Assembly: GCF_963921235.1 (NCBI RefSeq) | Contig: NC_086097.1 | Span: 231,634,001 to 231,698,000 of the forward strand | Length of the DNA: 64,000 nt | Reading direction: 5' to 3' | Source of the DNA: Mobula hypostoma | Taxonomy: Eukaryota | In this document: positions 35,100-47,795 of the stretch, piece after piece | Layout of the letters: every line of letters begins with the position of its first letter | Position numbering within the stretch: position 1 is the stretch's first letter | The notes under the pieces: model-generated | Seen by the model: the letters and a program-made list of their open reading frames with translations, nothing else | What the model was told of the DNA's origin: nothing | Database searches by the model: none | Translations under genes and position numbers: made by a program

Positions 35100-37300
35100 T
35101 TCAAGTTCAACATCAAGTTTATTGTCATTTCAACTGTACACGTGTATATTGCCAAACAAAGCAACGTTCCTTTGGACTAAGATGCACAACACAGTACGTA
35201 TAACTCATGCACAACACATAAAGTAATATTACCACAAATAAATTAACAAATAATAAGGTGCATTTACGTCACAAGCTAAAAAGTAAACAGTGTAACACTA
35301 TTGGGATCAGTGCTAGGTCCATTGTTACTTGTCATCTATATCAATGATCTGGATGATAATGTGGTAAATTGGATCAGCAAATTTGCTCATGATACAAAGA
35401 TTGGAGGTGTAGTAGACAGTGAGGAAGGTTTTCAGAGCCTGCAGAGGGACTTGGACCAGCTGGAAAAATGGGCTGAAAAGTGGCAGATGGAGTTTAATAC
35501 TGACAAGTGTGAGGTATTGCACGTTGGAAGGACAAACCAACGTAGAACATACAGGGTTAATGATAAGGCACTGAGGAGTGCAGTGGAACAGAGGGATCTG
35601 GGAATACAGATACAAAATTCCCTAAAAGTGTCGTCACAGGTAGATAGGGTCATAAAGAGAGCTTTTGGTACATTGGCCTTTATTAATCGAAGTATTGAGT
35701 ATAAGAGCTGGAATGTTATGATGAGGTTATATAAGGCATTGGTGAGGCCGAAGCTGGAGTATTGTGTTCAGTTTTGGTCACCAAATTACAGGAAGGATAT
35801 AAATAAGGTTGAAAGAGTGCAGAGAAGGTTTACAAGGATGTTGCCGGGACTTGAGAAACTTCAGTTACAGAGAAAGGTTGAATAGGTTAGGACTTTATTC
35901 CCTGGAGCGTAGAAGAATGAGGGGAGATTTGATAAAGGTATATAAAATTATGATGGGTATAGATAGAGTGAATGCAAGCAGGCTTTTTCCACTGAGGCAA
36001 GGGGAGAAAAAAACCAGAGGATATGGGTTAAGGGTGAGGGAGGAAAAGTTTAAAGGGAACATTAAGGGGGTCTTCTTCACACAGAGAGTGGTGGGAGTAC
36101 GGAATGAGCTGCCAGACGAGGTGGTAAATGCGGGTTCTTTTTTAACAGTTAAGAATAAATTGGACAGATACATGGATGGGAGGTGTATGGAGGGATATGG
36201 TCCGTGTGCAGGTCAGTGGGACTAGGCAGAAAATGGTTCGGCACAGCCAAGAAGGGCCAAAGGGCCTGTTTCTGTGCTGTAGTTTCTATGGTTTCTATTG
36301 GCACTTCATAAGTGGTGAGAGCTGAGTTCAGTAGACTCTCAGACTGGGAGAAGAAGCTGTTTCCCATCCTAACAGTCCTTGTCCAAGTGCTGGGGTACTT
36401 CCTGCCTGACGGTAGGGGGGGTAAAGAGATTGTTAAATGGATGGGAGGGATCACTGATAACGCTAAGGGCCCTGCGGATGCAATGCTCCTGGTAAGTATC
36501 CCTGATGGTTGGAAAAGAGACCCTGATAATTCTCTCAGTGGTCCTCACAACCCTTTGTAGGTCTCGCTGTCAGATGCCTTGCAGTTCCTGTACCAGACTG
36601 TAATTCTCAATGGTGCTCCTGTAAAAATTGGTTAGAATGAGAAGGGGAGAGCCTTACTTGTCTCAATGTCCTCAGAAAGTGGCAACACTGCTGCGCCCTC
36701 TTGACCAAAGATATGGTGCTGATGGACCAGGCGGGATCATCCGTTAGGTGCACTCCCAGAAACTTGGTGCTCCGAACTCTCTCCAGGGAGGAGCGGTCTG
36801 TGACGTGCAGTGAGGAGTGGTCGGCCTGCACCTTCCTCAAGTCCACAATCATCTCTTTCATTCTGTCCGCATTCTGCCAGCTGCTCCACCTCCGCCCTGT
36901 ATGCTGCCTGCCGACGGGACCAGCCACTGTTGCGCCACCAGCGGACCTAACGATTCCGTTGGAACTGAAACGGTACTGTCATGCGTCATCAGCACGAACA
37001 GGTGCGGGCTGAGCACGCAGCCCTCGGGGGCACCCCTGCTCAGAGTGATGGAGCTGCCAACTCCAACTGATTGTGGGCTTTCTGTCAATCCAATTACAGA
37101 GAGAGGAGTTGAGACCTGACAAGGGCAGGTTACCCACCAGCCTCTGAGGGATGGTCGTATTAAATGCTGAGCTGAGATAAATAGGCAGCATCCTGGCGTA
37201 TGAGGCACCATTTTCCAGGTGGGACAGGACGGAGTGAGGTGCATAGGCTATGGCATCATCAGTGGACTGTTTAGAGAGATAAGTGAAATGAAAAGGGTCT
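35100..37300 (-). mobile_element. Decayed Rex1/Babar LINE hosting a CR1 insertion
   Basis: YARML..LSSAFNT, GAPEGCVLSP, KFLGVHLTDD, NSFFSQS. Confidence 0.75.
35302..36297 (+). mobile_element. CR1 LINE, 5'-truncated, one frameshift
   Basis: GSVLGP, KFAHD, LVRPKLEY; candidate TSD CTATTGG at 35298-35304 and 36295-36301; near-identical to 43364-44505. Confidence 0.93.
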
Positions 37301-37949
37301 ATTCCATGCTCTATCTCAATAAGTAAATAATGAGAACTAATATTCATAGTCACTGTGATGACAATATTGACCTATTAATGAAAGTCTCGGCGGATGAGTA
37401 ATCTTATGTTTGCCATAGATTGAGAACTGATTTGGGAGCTTCAGATTGTTGTTTATAGAAGACAAAGTCTGGAGCTATTTTTGGCTAAATAACTTGCTTA
37501 AAATTGTTAATGCAACAAAATACTGATAATTCAAAACCCTTGGACATTGGAGGTACTGATGCAGCAGATTTTTCAGACTATATGTTTTTATATGTTGTTA
37601 TCTTAACAATTTCATATTACACTATATTGATGTTAAATAGTAGTGTAACATATTTTCAAATGAACCTAGAGAGTCTAATGGGAACAGAACATTTACAACT
37701 ACAATTCCTGACCCCGACCCTAGCTGTAAATCTGCCCATGTTCCCAACCCAGCTCTTCTGAATGCCAACTCCAACTCCGGTCATACAGTCAGCTCATGGT
37801 CTGGACCCCTGGCTTACATTTTGGGATTATGGTCGAGCCAGATGCTGGATCATCAGGATTTCTGAACAATTATATGCTGGAGTTATCAGCGTTCTACTGT
37901 AGTTCCAAGATGGTTGTGGTTAGAGGTGTCAGGAATTAATTGCATTCGA

Positions 37950-38285
37950 GCAGCCGGGTAACGTAGTGGTTAGCAAGATGCCATTACAGTGCCAGCGACC
38001 CGGGTTCAATTCTGCCGTTGTTTCTACCTTCTCCCAGTGACTGTGTGGCTTTCCTCTGGGTGCTCCGGTTTCCTCCCACATCCCACGGTTAGGGCTCCTG
38101 AGTTGTGGGCATGCTATGTTGGTGTGGGAAGCACGGTAACACTTGCCCAGTGCAAACCTCGCTGATTTGACCTGACACAAACGGAGCATTTCACTGTATG
38201 TTTCGGTGTATATGTGACAAATAATTGGGCAGTTCAAGCTCATTGGGCTGGAAGGCCTATAACCGAGCTGTATCTCTAAATAAAT
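37950..38285 (+). mobile_element. V-SINE (HE1-like)
   Basis: GTAACGTAGTGG A box, GGTTCAATTC B box, GGGTGCTCCGGTTTCCTCCCACA V domain, TGTATCTCTAAATAAA tail. Confidence 0.8.
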
Positions 38286-38399
38286 TGCTTTGACATAAGG
38301 TTGTTGCTAAGAAAACTGCATGTGTTTTCTTAAACCACCCTGAAAGTGTGTGAGTGATTTGAAAACAAATGAACAGGAAAAGGCAAATGAGTTGGGATC

Positions 38400-39686
38400 C
38401 TTAAAGGAACATCCTGCCTGACAAACCTATCACAATTTTTTGAGGAAATTACCAGTAGGCTAGACAAGGGAGATGCAGTGGATGTTGTATATTTGGATTT
38501 TCAGAAGGCCTTTGACAAGGTGCCACACATGAGGCTACTTAACAAGATAAGAGCCCATGGAATTACAGGAAAGTTACATACGTGGATAGAGCGTTGGCTG
38601 ATTGGCAGGAAACAGAGAGTGGGAATAAAGGAATCCCATTCTGGTTGGCTGCCGGTTACCAGTGGTGTTCCGCAGGGATCAGTGTTGGGGCCGCTTGTTT
38701 TTACATTGTACATCAACGATTTGGATTATGGAATAGATGGCTTTGTGGCTAAGTTTGCTGACGGTACGAAGATAGGTGGAGGGGCCGGTAGTGCTGAGGA
38801 AACAGAGAGTCTGCAGAGAGACTTGGATAGATTGGAAGAATGGGCAAAGAAGTGGCAAATGAAATACAATGTTGGAAAGTGTATGGTTATGCACTTTGGC
38901 AGAAGAAATAAACGGGCAGACTATTATTTCAATGGGGAAAGAATTCAAAGTTCTGAGATGCAATGGGACTTGGGAGTCCTCGTACAGGATACCCTTAAGG
39001 TTAACCTCCAGGTTAAGTCAGTGGTGAAGAAGGCGAATGCAATGTTGGCATTCATTTCTAGAGGAATAGAGTATAGGAGCAGGGATGTGATGTTGAGGCT
39101 CTATAAGGCGCTGGTGAGACCTCACTTGGAGTACTGTGGGCAGTTTTGGTCTCCTTATTTAAGAAAGGATGTGCTGATGTTGGAGAGGGTACAGAGAAGA
39201 TTCACTAGAATGATTCTGGGAATGAGAGGGTTAACATATGAAGAACGTTTGTCCGCTCTTGGACTGTATTCCTTGGAGTTTAGAAGAATGAGGGGAGACC
39301 TCATAGAAACATTTCGAATGTTGAAAGGCATGGACAGAGTGGATGTGGCAAAGTTGTTTCCCATGATGGGGTAGTCTAGTACGAGAGGGCATGACTTAAG
39401 GATTGAAGGGCGCCCATTCAGAACAGAAATGCGAAGAAATTTTTTTAGTCAGAGGGTGGTGAATCTATGGAATTTGTTGCCATGGGCAGCAGTAGAGGCC
39501 AAGTCATTGGGTGTATTTAAGGCAGAGATTGATAGGTATCTGAGTAACCAGGGCATCAAAGGTTATGGTGAGAAGGCAGGGGAGTGGGACTAAATGGGAG
39601 AATGGATCAGCTCATGATAAAATGGCGGAGCAGACTCGATGGGCCGAATGGCTGACTTCTGCTCCTTTGTCTTATGGTCTTATGGC
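38400..39686 (+). mobile_element. CR1 LINE, 5'-truncated, (TCTTATGG)n-tailed subfamily
   Basis: ORF 38478-39374 RT motifs; premature stop at 39372. Confidence 0.95.
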
Positions 39687-40379
39687 CTAATAATAGATGA
39701 TAGATAGATAGATAGACACTTTATTGATCCCAAAGGAAATTACAGTGTCATGGTAGCATTACAAGTGCACAGATATAAATATTAGAAGAGAAGTAGAAAG
39801 AATAAAAAATAAGTTACTTCAAACAGTCTAACAGGAGGGGGTCATCACTTCCCCTGCTATAGGTTGACTCATTATAGAGCCTCATGGCAGAGGGTAAGAA
39901 TGACCTCATATTGCACTCTTTGGAGCAGCACGGTTGTCTTAGTCTATTACTAAAAGTGCTCCTCTGTTCAGCCAAGGTGACATGCAGAGGATGAGAAACA
40001 TTGTCCAGAATTGCCAAGATCTTCTGGATGGTCCTTTGTTCTACCACAGCCTCCAGTGTGTCCAGTTTGACTCCTATGACAGAGCCAGCCTTTCTAATCA
40101 GTTTATTGAATCTGTTGACATCACCCATGTTGATGCCATTGCCCCAGCACACCACCATATGGAAGATTATACTGGCAATAACAGACTGGTAGGACATGTG
40201 AAGGAGAGGCCTGCATACTCCAAGGACCTCCGTCTTCTCAGGAAGTAGAGGTGACTCTGGCCCTTCTTTGTACACAGCCTCTGCGTTGGTGCTCTACTCA
40301 AGTCTGTCATCCAGGCGCACCCCCAGGTACTTGTAGGTCATCACCACATCCACGTCTTCACCATCAATAGTAAAAGGGA

Positions 40380-40866
40380 AGCCACACTCAGGTTGGAGGA
40401 ACAACACCTTATATTCCGTCTGGGTAGCCTCCAACCTGATGGCATGAACATTGACTTCCTAAACCTCCACTAATGCACCACCTCCCCCTCGTTCCCCATC
40501 CGTTATTTATTTATATACACACATTCTTTTTCTCTCTCTCCTTTTTCTCCCTCTGTCCCTCTCACTATACCTCTTGCCCATCCTTTGGGTTTTCCCCCCC
40601 TCCCCCTTTTCTTTCTCCCTGGGCCTCCTGTCCCATGATCCTCTCCTATCCCTTTTGCCAATCACCTGTCCAGCTCTTGGCTCCATCCCTCCCTCTCCTG
40701 TCTTCTCCTATCATTTTGGATCTCCCCCTCCCACTTTCAAATCTCTTACTAGCTCTTCCTTCAGTTAGTCCTGACGAAGGGTCTCGGCCCGAAACGTCGA
40801 CTGCACCTCTTCCTACAGATGCTGCCTGGCCTGCTGTGTTCACCAGCAACTTTGATGTGTGTTGCT
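40380..40866 (+). mobile_element. Penelope-like element 3' end/pLTR
   Basis: RLEEQHLIFRLGSLQPDGMNIDF; 14-bp TSD AATAGTAA(A/C)AGGGA at 40366-40379 and 40867-40880. Confidence 0.9.
40766..40803 (+). ncRNA. Minimal type I hammerhead ribozyme motif (PLE-associated), core intact
   Basis: Stem I TAGTC/GACTG, CTGACGA, extra A, stem II GGGT-ctcg-GCCC, GAAAC, cleavage triplet GTC at 40796-40798. Confidence 0.8.
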
Positions 40867-41269
40867 AATAGTAACAGGGAGCAGTGCAGGCTCAGTCTTC
40901 CTAAAGTCCATCAGCTTCTCCTTTGTTTTACTGACGTTGGGCTGCAGATGATTCAGCTTGCACCATTTGACAAAGTCCAGGGCCCTGTACTCATCCTCCC
41001 ATTCTCCCTTTATACACACAATTATTGCCAAGCCATCAGAGCATTTCTGCCACTGACGTGACTCAGTGTAATATCTAAAGTCCGAGGTATACAGGGTAAG
41101 CTGGAAGGGAGCCAGTAAAGACCCCTGTGAGGCCCCAGTGTTGACTATAGCCATGCCTGACACACAGCTCTGAAGCCGCACAAACTGTGTAATGAGAATG
41201 ATTCCAGGATCAAACACTGCTTCTCAGTTTATCCAGGAGGTTGTTGTTTTGGGAAGCCCGAGCTGGTTC

Positions 41270-42060
41270 TCTTGTCATTGAGAATGAGTGGCTCCTTGCT
41301 CTCATCCTACAGAAAAAGAATGACAGGTCCAATTCCCCATAACTACCTTCCAGTCTCCTCTCGATCTTCGGGAAGTGTAATGAAACATGCTGTTCTATCG
41401 AGTAATGTTTTCTGACACTGACGCCCAATTTAGCTTTCATCAGGAGTACTCTGTTCTGGGGCTGGTTAAAAAGTTGGCCCATGCATGACCAGAGCTGAAT
41501 TTTTGGGCATGAGCTGAGAGAGACTGCTCTTAACACCAAGCAAGTGTGGTATCGAGGCATCAGAGGAAAGATAGTGTAAAGGATCGAGTCAGACATGGTG
41601 CAATGGAAGATGGTTGCGGTTGTAAATTGATCCTGCCAGCCCCAGACATTATTGGAGGGTCCTGGGCACAACCCTCCTCAGCTGCTTCATCAGTACAGTC
41701 ACTGGGAAAACATACAAGCTCCTAACAGGCAGCGGTGGGATTCGAACCCAGACTGGTGATCACTGACACTGCAAAGCGATTGCACTAACTACCATGCTAC
41801 CCTGATGCTCGGCGATGACTGTGCAATGCTCACATGTACGGAGCAAGACTCCAACAATTTACAGGTATAAGCTGAAAAGTAGCAATGACCCAGTTGCAGC
41901 ATCCACCCCGGACACCCAACCGCACTGTCTTCACCGACTGACCCTCTTCAATACGTTGGGGATATATGAGTAGATCAGAGGCTGGGCGTGCTGTGATGAG
42001 TGACTCCTGCATCTGCATGGCATAAGTCAGGAGTGTGATGGAGTACTCTCCAACAATAAA
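41270..42060 (+). mobile_element. Ancient CR1/L2-group RT remnant with a SINE head inserted at ~41695-41800
   Basis: KKNDRSNSP*...VSSRSSG, LTDAQF.F, GIRGK, LGDDCAM resemble NYRPISLLS, QFGF and FADD motifs. Confidence 0.5.
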
Positions 42061-42073
42061 TCCAGGACTAAAC

Positions 42074-42930
42074 AAAGTCCTAAGTACATTTATTATCAAA
42101 GTATGGATACAGTACACAAACTTGAGATGTGTCTTCTTGCAGACAGCTACAAAACAAAGAAACACCATAGAACTCGTTTAAAAAAACACTCCGTACGACA
42201 AGACAATCAAATGTGCGAGAAAAGGAACAAATCGCACAAACAACACAAAGCGAACAAGTAACACGCGGAACATTAAACATCAGACCGCAGAATCCCCAAA
42301 AGTGAGTCCACAGCCATGACCCCGCGAGGTGAATCCAGTCCCAAAGCTGATGGCCGTGGCCACAGGCGCCGAGTCAGTCAGTTCGGCGCTGTGTTGATGG
42401 TTGCAGGCCACAGCCGCAGATCCAGTTCCACACCGAAGAGCTTTGATCAAATAGTGAGATGCATTCACTGCTGAGGACAATAAACGTCAAGCTGCAGCGG
42501 AAAGTGAGTCCACTGCCATGAACCGCCAAGGCGATTGAACCTTTCAGTGTGGGGCCCAAGACGCCTGCATTTTCCACCGGCAGCAGCGAGAGGGAAGCCT
42601 CCCAAACGCAGACAGGCGGCACTGGACACCGGTTTGTTTTCTGCCCTCGTCCTCGTTGATTTTAAACTTGGACGTTTTAATTGGCGCGGAGTAATGCAGC
42701 TAACCACAGGTTCGTGCTCCGCCATTAGGAATCACCTCAGCGTACACTCCCAGCAACGGCCGTAGCTGCAGTCCAGGCCGCATCCCCCAGGAGATCGCAG
42801 TTAGCCAAAAATACATTCTTAAAAAGAAAACTACAGGCTGCAGTTGATCGCACTACAGAAGAAGAAGAAGTACATCTCAAGGAAGGAGCTGTCTGCAAGA
42901 AGTTGCTGTTGGTCACTGGCGCCACCTTGC
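42074..42930 (-). mobile_element. CpG-rich non-coding retroposon, apparently with both ends
   Basis: Minus strand starts CAAGGTGGCGCCAGTG and ends AATAAATGTACTTAGGACTTTG; 3' block recurs in at least four other places. Confidence 0.6.
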
Positions 42931-43363
42931 CGGTTTGTAACCTACTTGGTTGCTATGCTGTGAACCATTGTCAACAATAGTTTCCTCCACCTGGACTTCA
43001 TCATAGATCACTAGAGACCTTTAGGCCAATCTAGTTTGTGCTGAACTGTTTTTTGACCTAGTCTCATCTACCTGCACCCAGATCACAGCCCTCCATATCC
43101 ATGTACCTACCCAAACTTCTGTTCGATATTGCAACAGATCGCACATCAACCACTTCAGCTGGCAGCTCGAGCTCATCCCACACTCGCACCACCCTCTGCC
43201 ATCCACAAATACAGTGCAGTTATCAGCCCAGCCCACTTCAACAGCACATCCCCAAAACTGTAAACTTCAATGCCAAGAATGAGAAAAGCACCAGGCGCTT
43301 GAGAGCACCTCGTCATTGCCTCACCTCTAAGCTACACACTGTCTTGACTTAGAGGTCCCGCGT

Positions 43364-44505
43364 GGGAGGTTAGTTAGGAAAATTCAGTCGCTAGGTATAC
43401 ATGGAGGGGTGGTAAATTGGATTAGACATTGGCCAAATCCAATTTACCACCAGAAGCCAAAGAGTGGTAGTAGAGAATTGCTTCTCCGAGTGGAGGCCTG
43501 TGACTGGTGGTGTGCCACAGGGATCAGTGCTGGGTCCATTGTTATTTGTCATCTATATCAATGATCTGGATGATAATATGGTAAATTGGATCAGCAAATT
43601 TGCTGATGATACAAAGATTGGAGGTGTAGTAGACAGTGAGGAAGGTTTTCAGAGCCTGCAGAGGGACTTGGACCAGCCGGAAAAATGGGTTGAAAAATGG
43701 CAGATGGAGTTTAATATGGACAAGTGTGAGGTATTGCACGTTGGAAGGACAAACCAAGGTAGAACATACAGGGTTAATGGTAAGGCACTGAGGAATGCAG
43801 TGGAACAGAGGGATCTGGGAATACAGATACAAAATTCCCTAAAAGTGGCATTACAGGTAGGTAGGGTCGTAAAGAGTGCTGTTGGTATATTGGCCTTTAT
43901 TAATCAAAGTATTGAGTATAAGAGCTGGAATGTTATGATGAGGTTGTATAAGGCATTGGTGAGGCCGAATCTGGAGTATTGTGTTCAGTTTTGGTCACCA
44001 AATTACAGGAAGGATATTAATAAGGTTGAAAGAGTGCAGAGAAGGTTTACAAGGATGTTGCCGGGACTTGAGAAACTCAGTTACAGAGAAAGGTTGAATA
44101 GGTTAGGACTTTATTCCCTGGAGCGTAGAAGAATGAGGGGAGATTTGATAGAGGTATATAAAATTATGATGGGTATAGATAGAGTGAATGCAAGCAGGCT
44201 TTTTCCACTGAGGCAAGGGGAGAAAAAAACCAGAGAACATGGGTTAAGGGTGAGGGGGGAAAAGTTTAACGGGAACATTAGAGGGGGCTTCTTCACACAG
44301 AGAGTGGTGGGAGTATGGAATGAGCTGCCAGACGAGGTGGTAAATGCAGGTTCTTTTTTAACATTTAAGATTAAATTGGACAGATACATGGGTGGGAGGT
44401 GTATGGAGGGATATGGTCCGTGTGCAGGTCAGTGGGACTAGGCAGAAAATGGCCAAGAAGGGCCAAAGGGCCTGTTTCTGTGCTGTAGTTTTTCTATGGT
44501 TTCTA
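43364..44505 (+). mobile_element. CR1 LINE, 5'-truncated, open frame 43464-44441
   Basis: [35 protein letters not shown]. Confidence 0.95.
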
Positions 44506-44708
44506 GGAAAGAAAATCACTGAACATTGCATTGAAACATGTGGTGAAATCATCACTTTGCGAGGACTGGGCTGGGCAGGCCGTAAGTATCGTATTGCCAC
44601 TCTTCTGGTGCCATATAGCATGCCCGCAAATCACTATCAACTCAGTAACAATAGCCCTGATTCTTATTCTGATTCAAGTTTAAGCTTATTGTCATATGCA
44701 CAAGTATA

Positions 44709-44934
44709 ACAACAGGAATTCTGCAGATGCTGGAAATTCAAGCAACACACATCAAAGTTGCTGGTGAACGCAGCAGGCCAGGCAGCATCTGTAGGAAGAG
44801 GTGCAGTCGACGTTTCAGGCCGAGACCCTTCATCAGGACTAGATGAAGGGTCTCGGCCTGAAACGTCGACTGCACCTCTTCCTACAGATGCTGCCTGGCC
44901 TGCTGCGTTCACCAGCAACTTTGATGTGTGTTGC
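44709..44934. mobile_element. PLE end as a perfect inverted duplication (93-bp arms, 7-nt spacer)
   Basis: 44742-44834 is the exact reverse complement of 44842-44934; direct repeat TGCACAAGTATA at 44697-44708 and 44932-44943. Confidence 0.92.
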
Positions 44935-45154
44935 ACAAGTATACATGTGTACAGGTTCAGTGAAAAAACTTACTTGCAGCTGCATCATAGATGCATAGCT
45001 AGTGTATCAGTATGCACTTGTGGTTTTGTTAGGTCAAAGATCTCAGTGATGAAGATGTTGTAAAAGTGCAGCATGCATAAACATTGCTGCTCTGAGAAGC
45101 ATAGATGCGAGACTGGCTCTCTGTTAACCCGGAGTGGGCAAAGACGGATTGAAC

Positions 45155-46290
45155 TTGAGAGATTCTGCAGATGCTGGAAACCCAAAGCAGCACGTATAAA
45201 ATGCTGGAGGAACTCAGCAGGTCAGGCAGCATCTGTGGAGAGGAATAACTGTTGATGTTTTGGCCCAAGACCCTTCACTGGGCTAAGGGGAAGAAGACGG
45301 AAAAGGTAGCTGTGGGGTGGGGAAAGAGTAAAAGTTGGCAGGTGAAAGGTTTCGAAGTACAGTTAATATCAGAGAGTATGTATCCAATACACAGCCTGAA
45401 ATTTGTCCTCTTCACAGACATCCACAAAACAAAGAAACTCCATAGAATATTAGAAACCTCAAAGCCCTGAAGCCCCCGTCCCTTCACACAAGCAGCAGCA
45501 AATGCATTGACACCCCCCCACCTCCTCCACCATGGAAACAGACGCAGAAGCCCCCAAGAGCCAATGATCCCGAGTGCATCAACCACAGTCCACAGACCAG
45601 CACTTCGGTACCTCAGACAGGCACCGACAAGACTCCTGCAACAACAAGAGCGGAGATCGGCAACGTGTTTTCCCAATGTTACAAGCCCTCGCTTTTCCAA
45701 GCCCACCAGGCTGTCACTCTCCATCGAAAGAGAAATAGAGAGAGGGATTGCTTGGGGCCTTCCTCCGACAGCAGCCGGTGATTAGCAAACATACCGCCTG
45801 CTTTCTTGATGTTCCAGTCTCCCATGATGCTTCAGTCAGCGACATTGGCAAGGATCCATGTCACCCATGGGGCTGCTCCCTGATTTCTGACCTCCCAGCC
45901 CCAAGAGCAAACGCCTTCCACGCCATTCCTAGAGATAGTGAAGTGCTGGGTCGCATAGTCGGTCGGAAAACCAATTGTTTGCGAAGAACCGTAGTTTTCA
46001 ATCACCTTGAAAAGAAAAGAAAAACAAAAGAGAAGAACAGTAAACTGTTTCATGGATGATCTGGAAGACATTACCTGGGTCTGTAAAATCCACCGGTACC
46101 TTCTGAAACCAGGTAAGGGGAAAGGTGAGGGAGGGGTGATGAAGTAAGAAGCTGGGGGGAGAAGGTAGAGACCTGAAGAAGAGACCTGAAGAAGAGGAAA
46201 TCTTATGGAAGTGAAGAGTGGACCATGAGGGAAAGGGAAGGAGGCAGCAAAGGGAGGTGATTGGCAGGTGAGAAGGGGTGAGATTGGCGC
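45155..46290 (-). mobile_element. Old PLE end interrupted by the non-coding retroposon (~45345-46085)
   Basis: TCTGCAGATGCTGGA..CAGGTCAGGCAGCATC; purine-rich continuation after 46085. Confidence 0.6.
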
Positions 46291-46594
46291 CAGAATCAGC
46301 CTTTAACAGCAATGTGTGGGAGCAAGTACTGACAAATTTTGGGCTGTAGTGTTTGAAAATTTGACTGATGACAAACTTTGGGTGCTGACAACTATGGATG
46401 CTACTTGAACATAAAACATAGAACATTACAACACAGTACAGGCCCTTCAGCCCATGATGTTGTGCCAATATTCTAACATCGATTGAAACAGAGCATAGAA
46501 GGCATGTTATGTTGGACTAGATGTTAATACCCCTTATTTGCACTCCTGAAGCATGCTGCCTAGACTCTGTGGGGTGGCCAAGTGGGTGGTAGAT

Positions 46595-47795
46595 AACCTA
46601 CAACACAATACAGGCCCTTCAGCCCATAAAGCTGTACCGAACATGTCCTTACCTGAGAAATTACCGATGGTTACTCATAGCCCTCTACCTTTCTGAGCTC
46701 CATATACCTGTCCAGGAGTCTCTTCAAAGACCTAACGTACCTGCCTCCACCACCATCGCCGGCAGCCCATTCCACACACTCACCTCTCTACGTAAAAACG
46801 TACCCCGATATCTCCTCTGTACCTACTTCCAAGCACTGTAAAACTGTGCTCTCTCATGCTAGCCATTTCAGCCCTGGGAGAAAGCCTCTGACTGTCCTCG
46901 CAATCAATGCCTCTCATCATCTTATACACCTCTATCAGGTCACCTCTCATCCTCCATCACTCCAAGGAAAAAAGGCCGAGTTCACTCAACCTATTCTCAT
47001 AAGGCATGCTCCCCAATCCAGGCAACATCCTTGTAAATCTCCTCTGCACCCTTTCAATGGTTTCCACATCCTTCCTGTAGTGAGGTGACCAGAACTGAGC
47101 ACAGTAGTCCAAGTGGGGTCCGACCAGGGTCCTATATAGCTGCAACATTACCTCTCAGCTCCTAACTTCAATCCCACAATTGATGAAGGCCAATGCACTG
47201 TGTGCTTTCTTAACCACGGAGTCAACCTGCAGAACAGCTTTGTGTGTCCTATGGACTCAGACCTCAAGATCCCCCTGATCCTCTACACTGCTAAGAGTCT
47301 TACCATTGATACTATATTCTGTCATCATATTTGACTTACCAAAATGAACCAACTCACACTTATCTGGGTTGAACTCTATCGGCCACTTCTCAGCCCAATT
47401 TTGCATCTTATCAATGTCCCGTTGTAACCTCTGACCACCCTCCACACTATCAACAACACCCCCAACCTTTGAGACATCAGCAAATTTACTAACCCATCCC
47501 TCCACTTCTTCATCCAGGTCATCTATAAAAATCACGAAGAGTAGGGGTCCCAGAACAGATCCCTGAGGCACACCACTGGTCACCGACCTCCATGCAGAAT
47601 ATGACCCATCTGCAACCACTCTTTGCCTTCTGTGGGCAAGCCATTTCTGGTTCCACAAAGCAATGTCCCCTTGGATCCCATGCCTCCTTATTTTCTCAAT
47701 AAGCCTTGCATGGGGTACCTTATCAAATGCCTTGCTGAAATCCATATACACTACATCTACTGCCTGTCCTTCATCAATGTGTTTAGTCACATCCT
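46595..47795 (-). mobile_element. CR1 LINE RT to 3' end
   Basis: [31 protein letters not shown]; same subfamily as 24300-27650. Confidence 0.9.

Larger units (their letters stand above)
39693..41195 (-). mobile_element. Rex1 lineage B-like LINE split by a PLE insertion
   Basis: TGASQGSLLAPFQLTLYTSDF, SKTKE, VVCWG, HPLH; (CTAT)n tail. Confidence 0.85.

Noticed and set aside
37515..37900. Tigger/pogo-like MITE
   Set aside because: Only weak, degenerate terminal similarity; boundaries not supportable.
41210..41671. 153-aa minus-strand ORF
   Set aside because: Antisense shadow of a decayed plus-strand LINE RT.
44664..45063. Repeated peptides MLVNAAGQAASVGRG / PDEGSRPETSTAPLP as a small protein family
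   Set aside because: Translations of the non-coding PLE pLTR on both strands; the recurrence reflects repeat copies.
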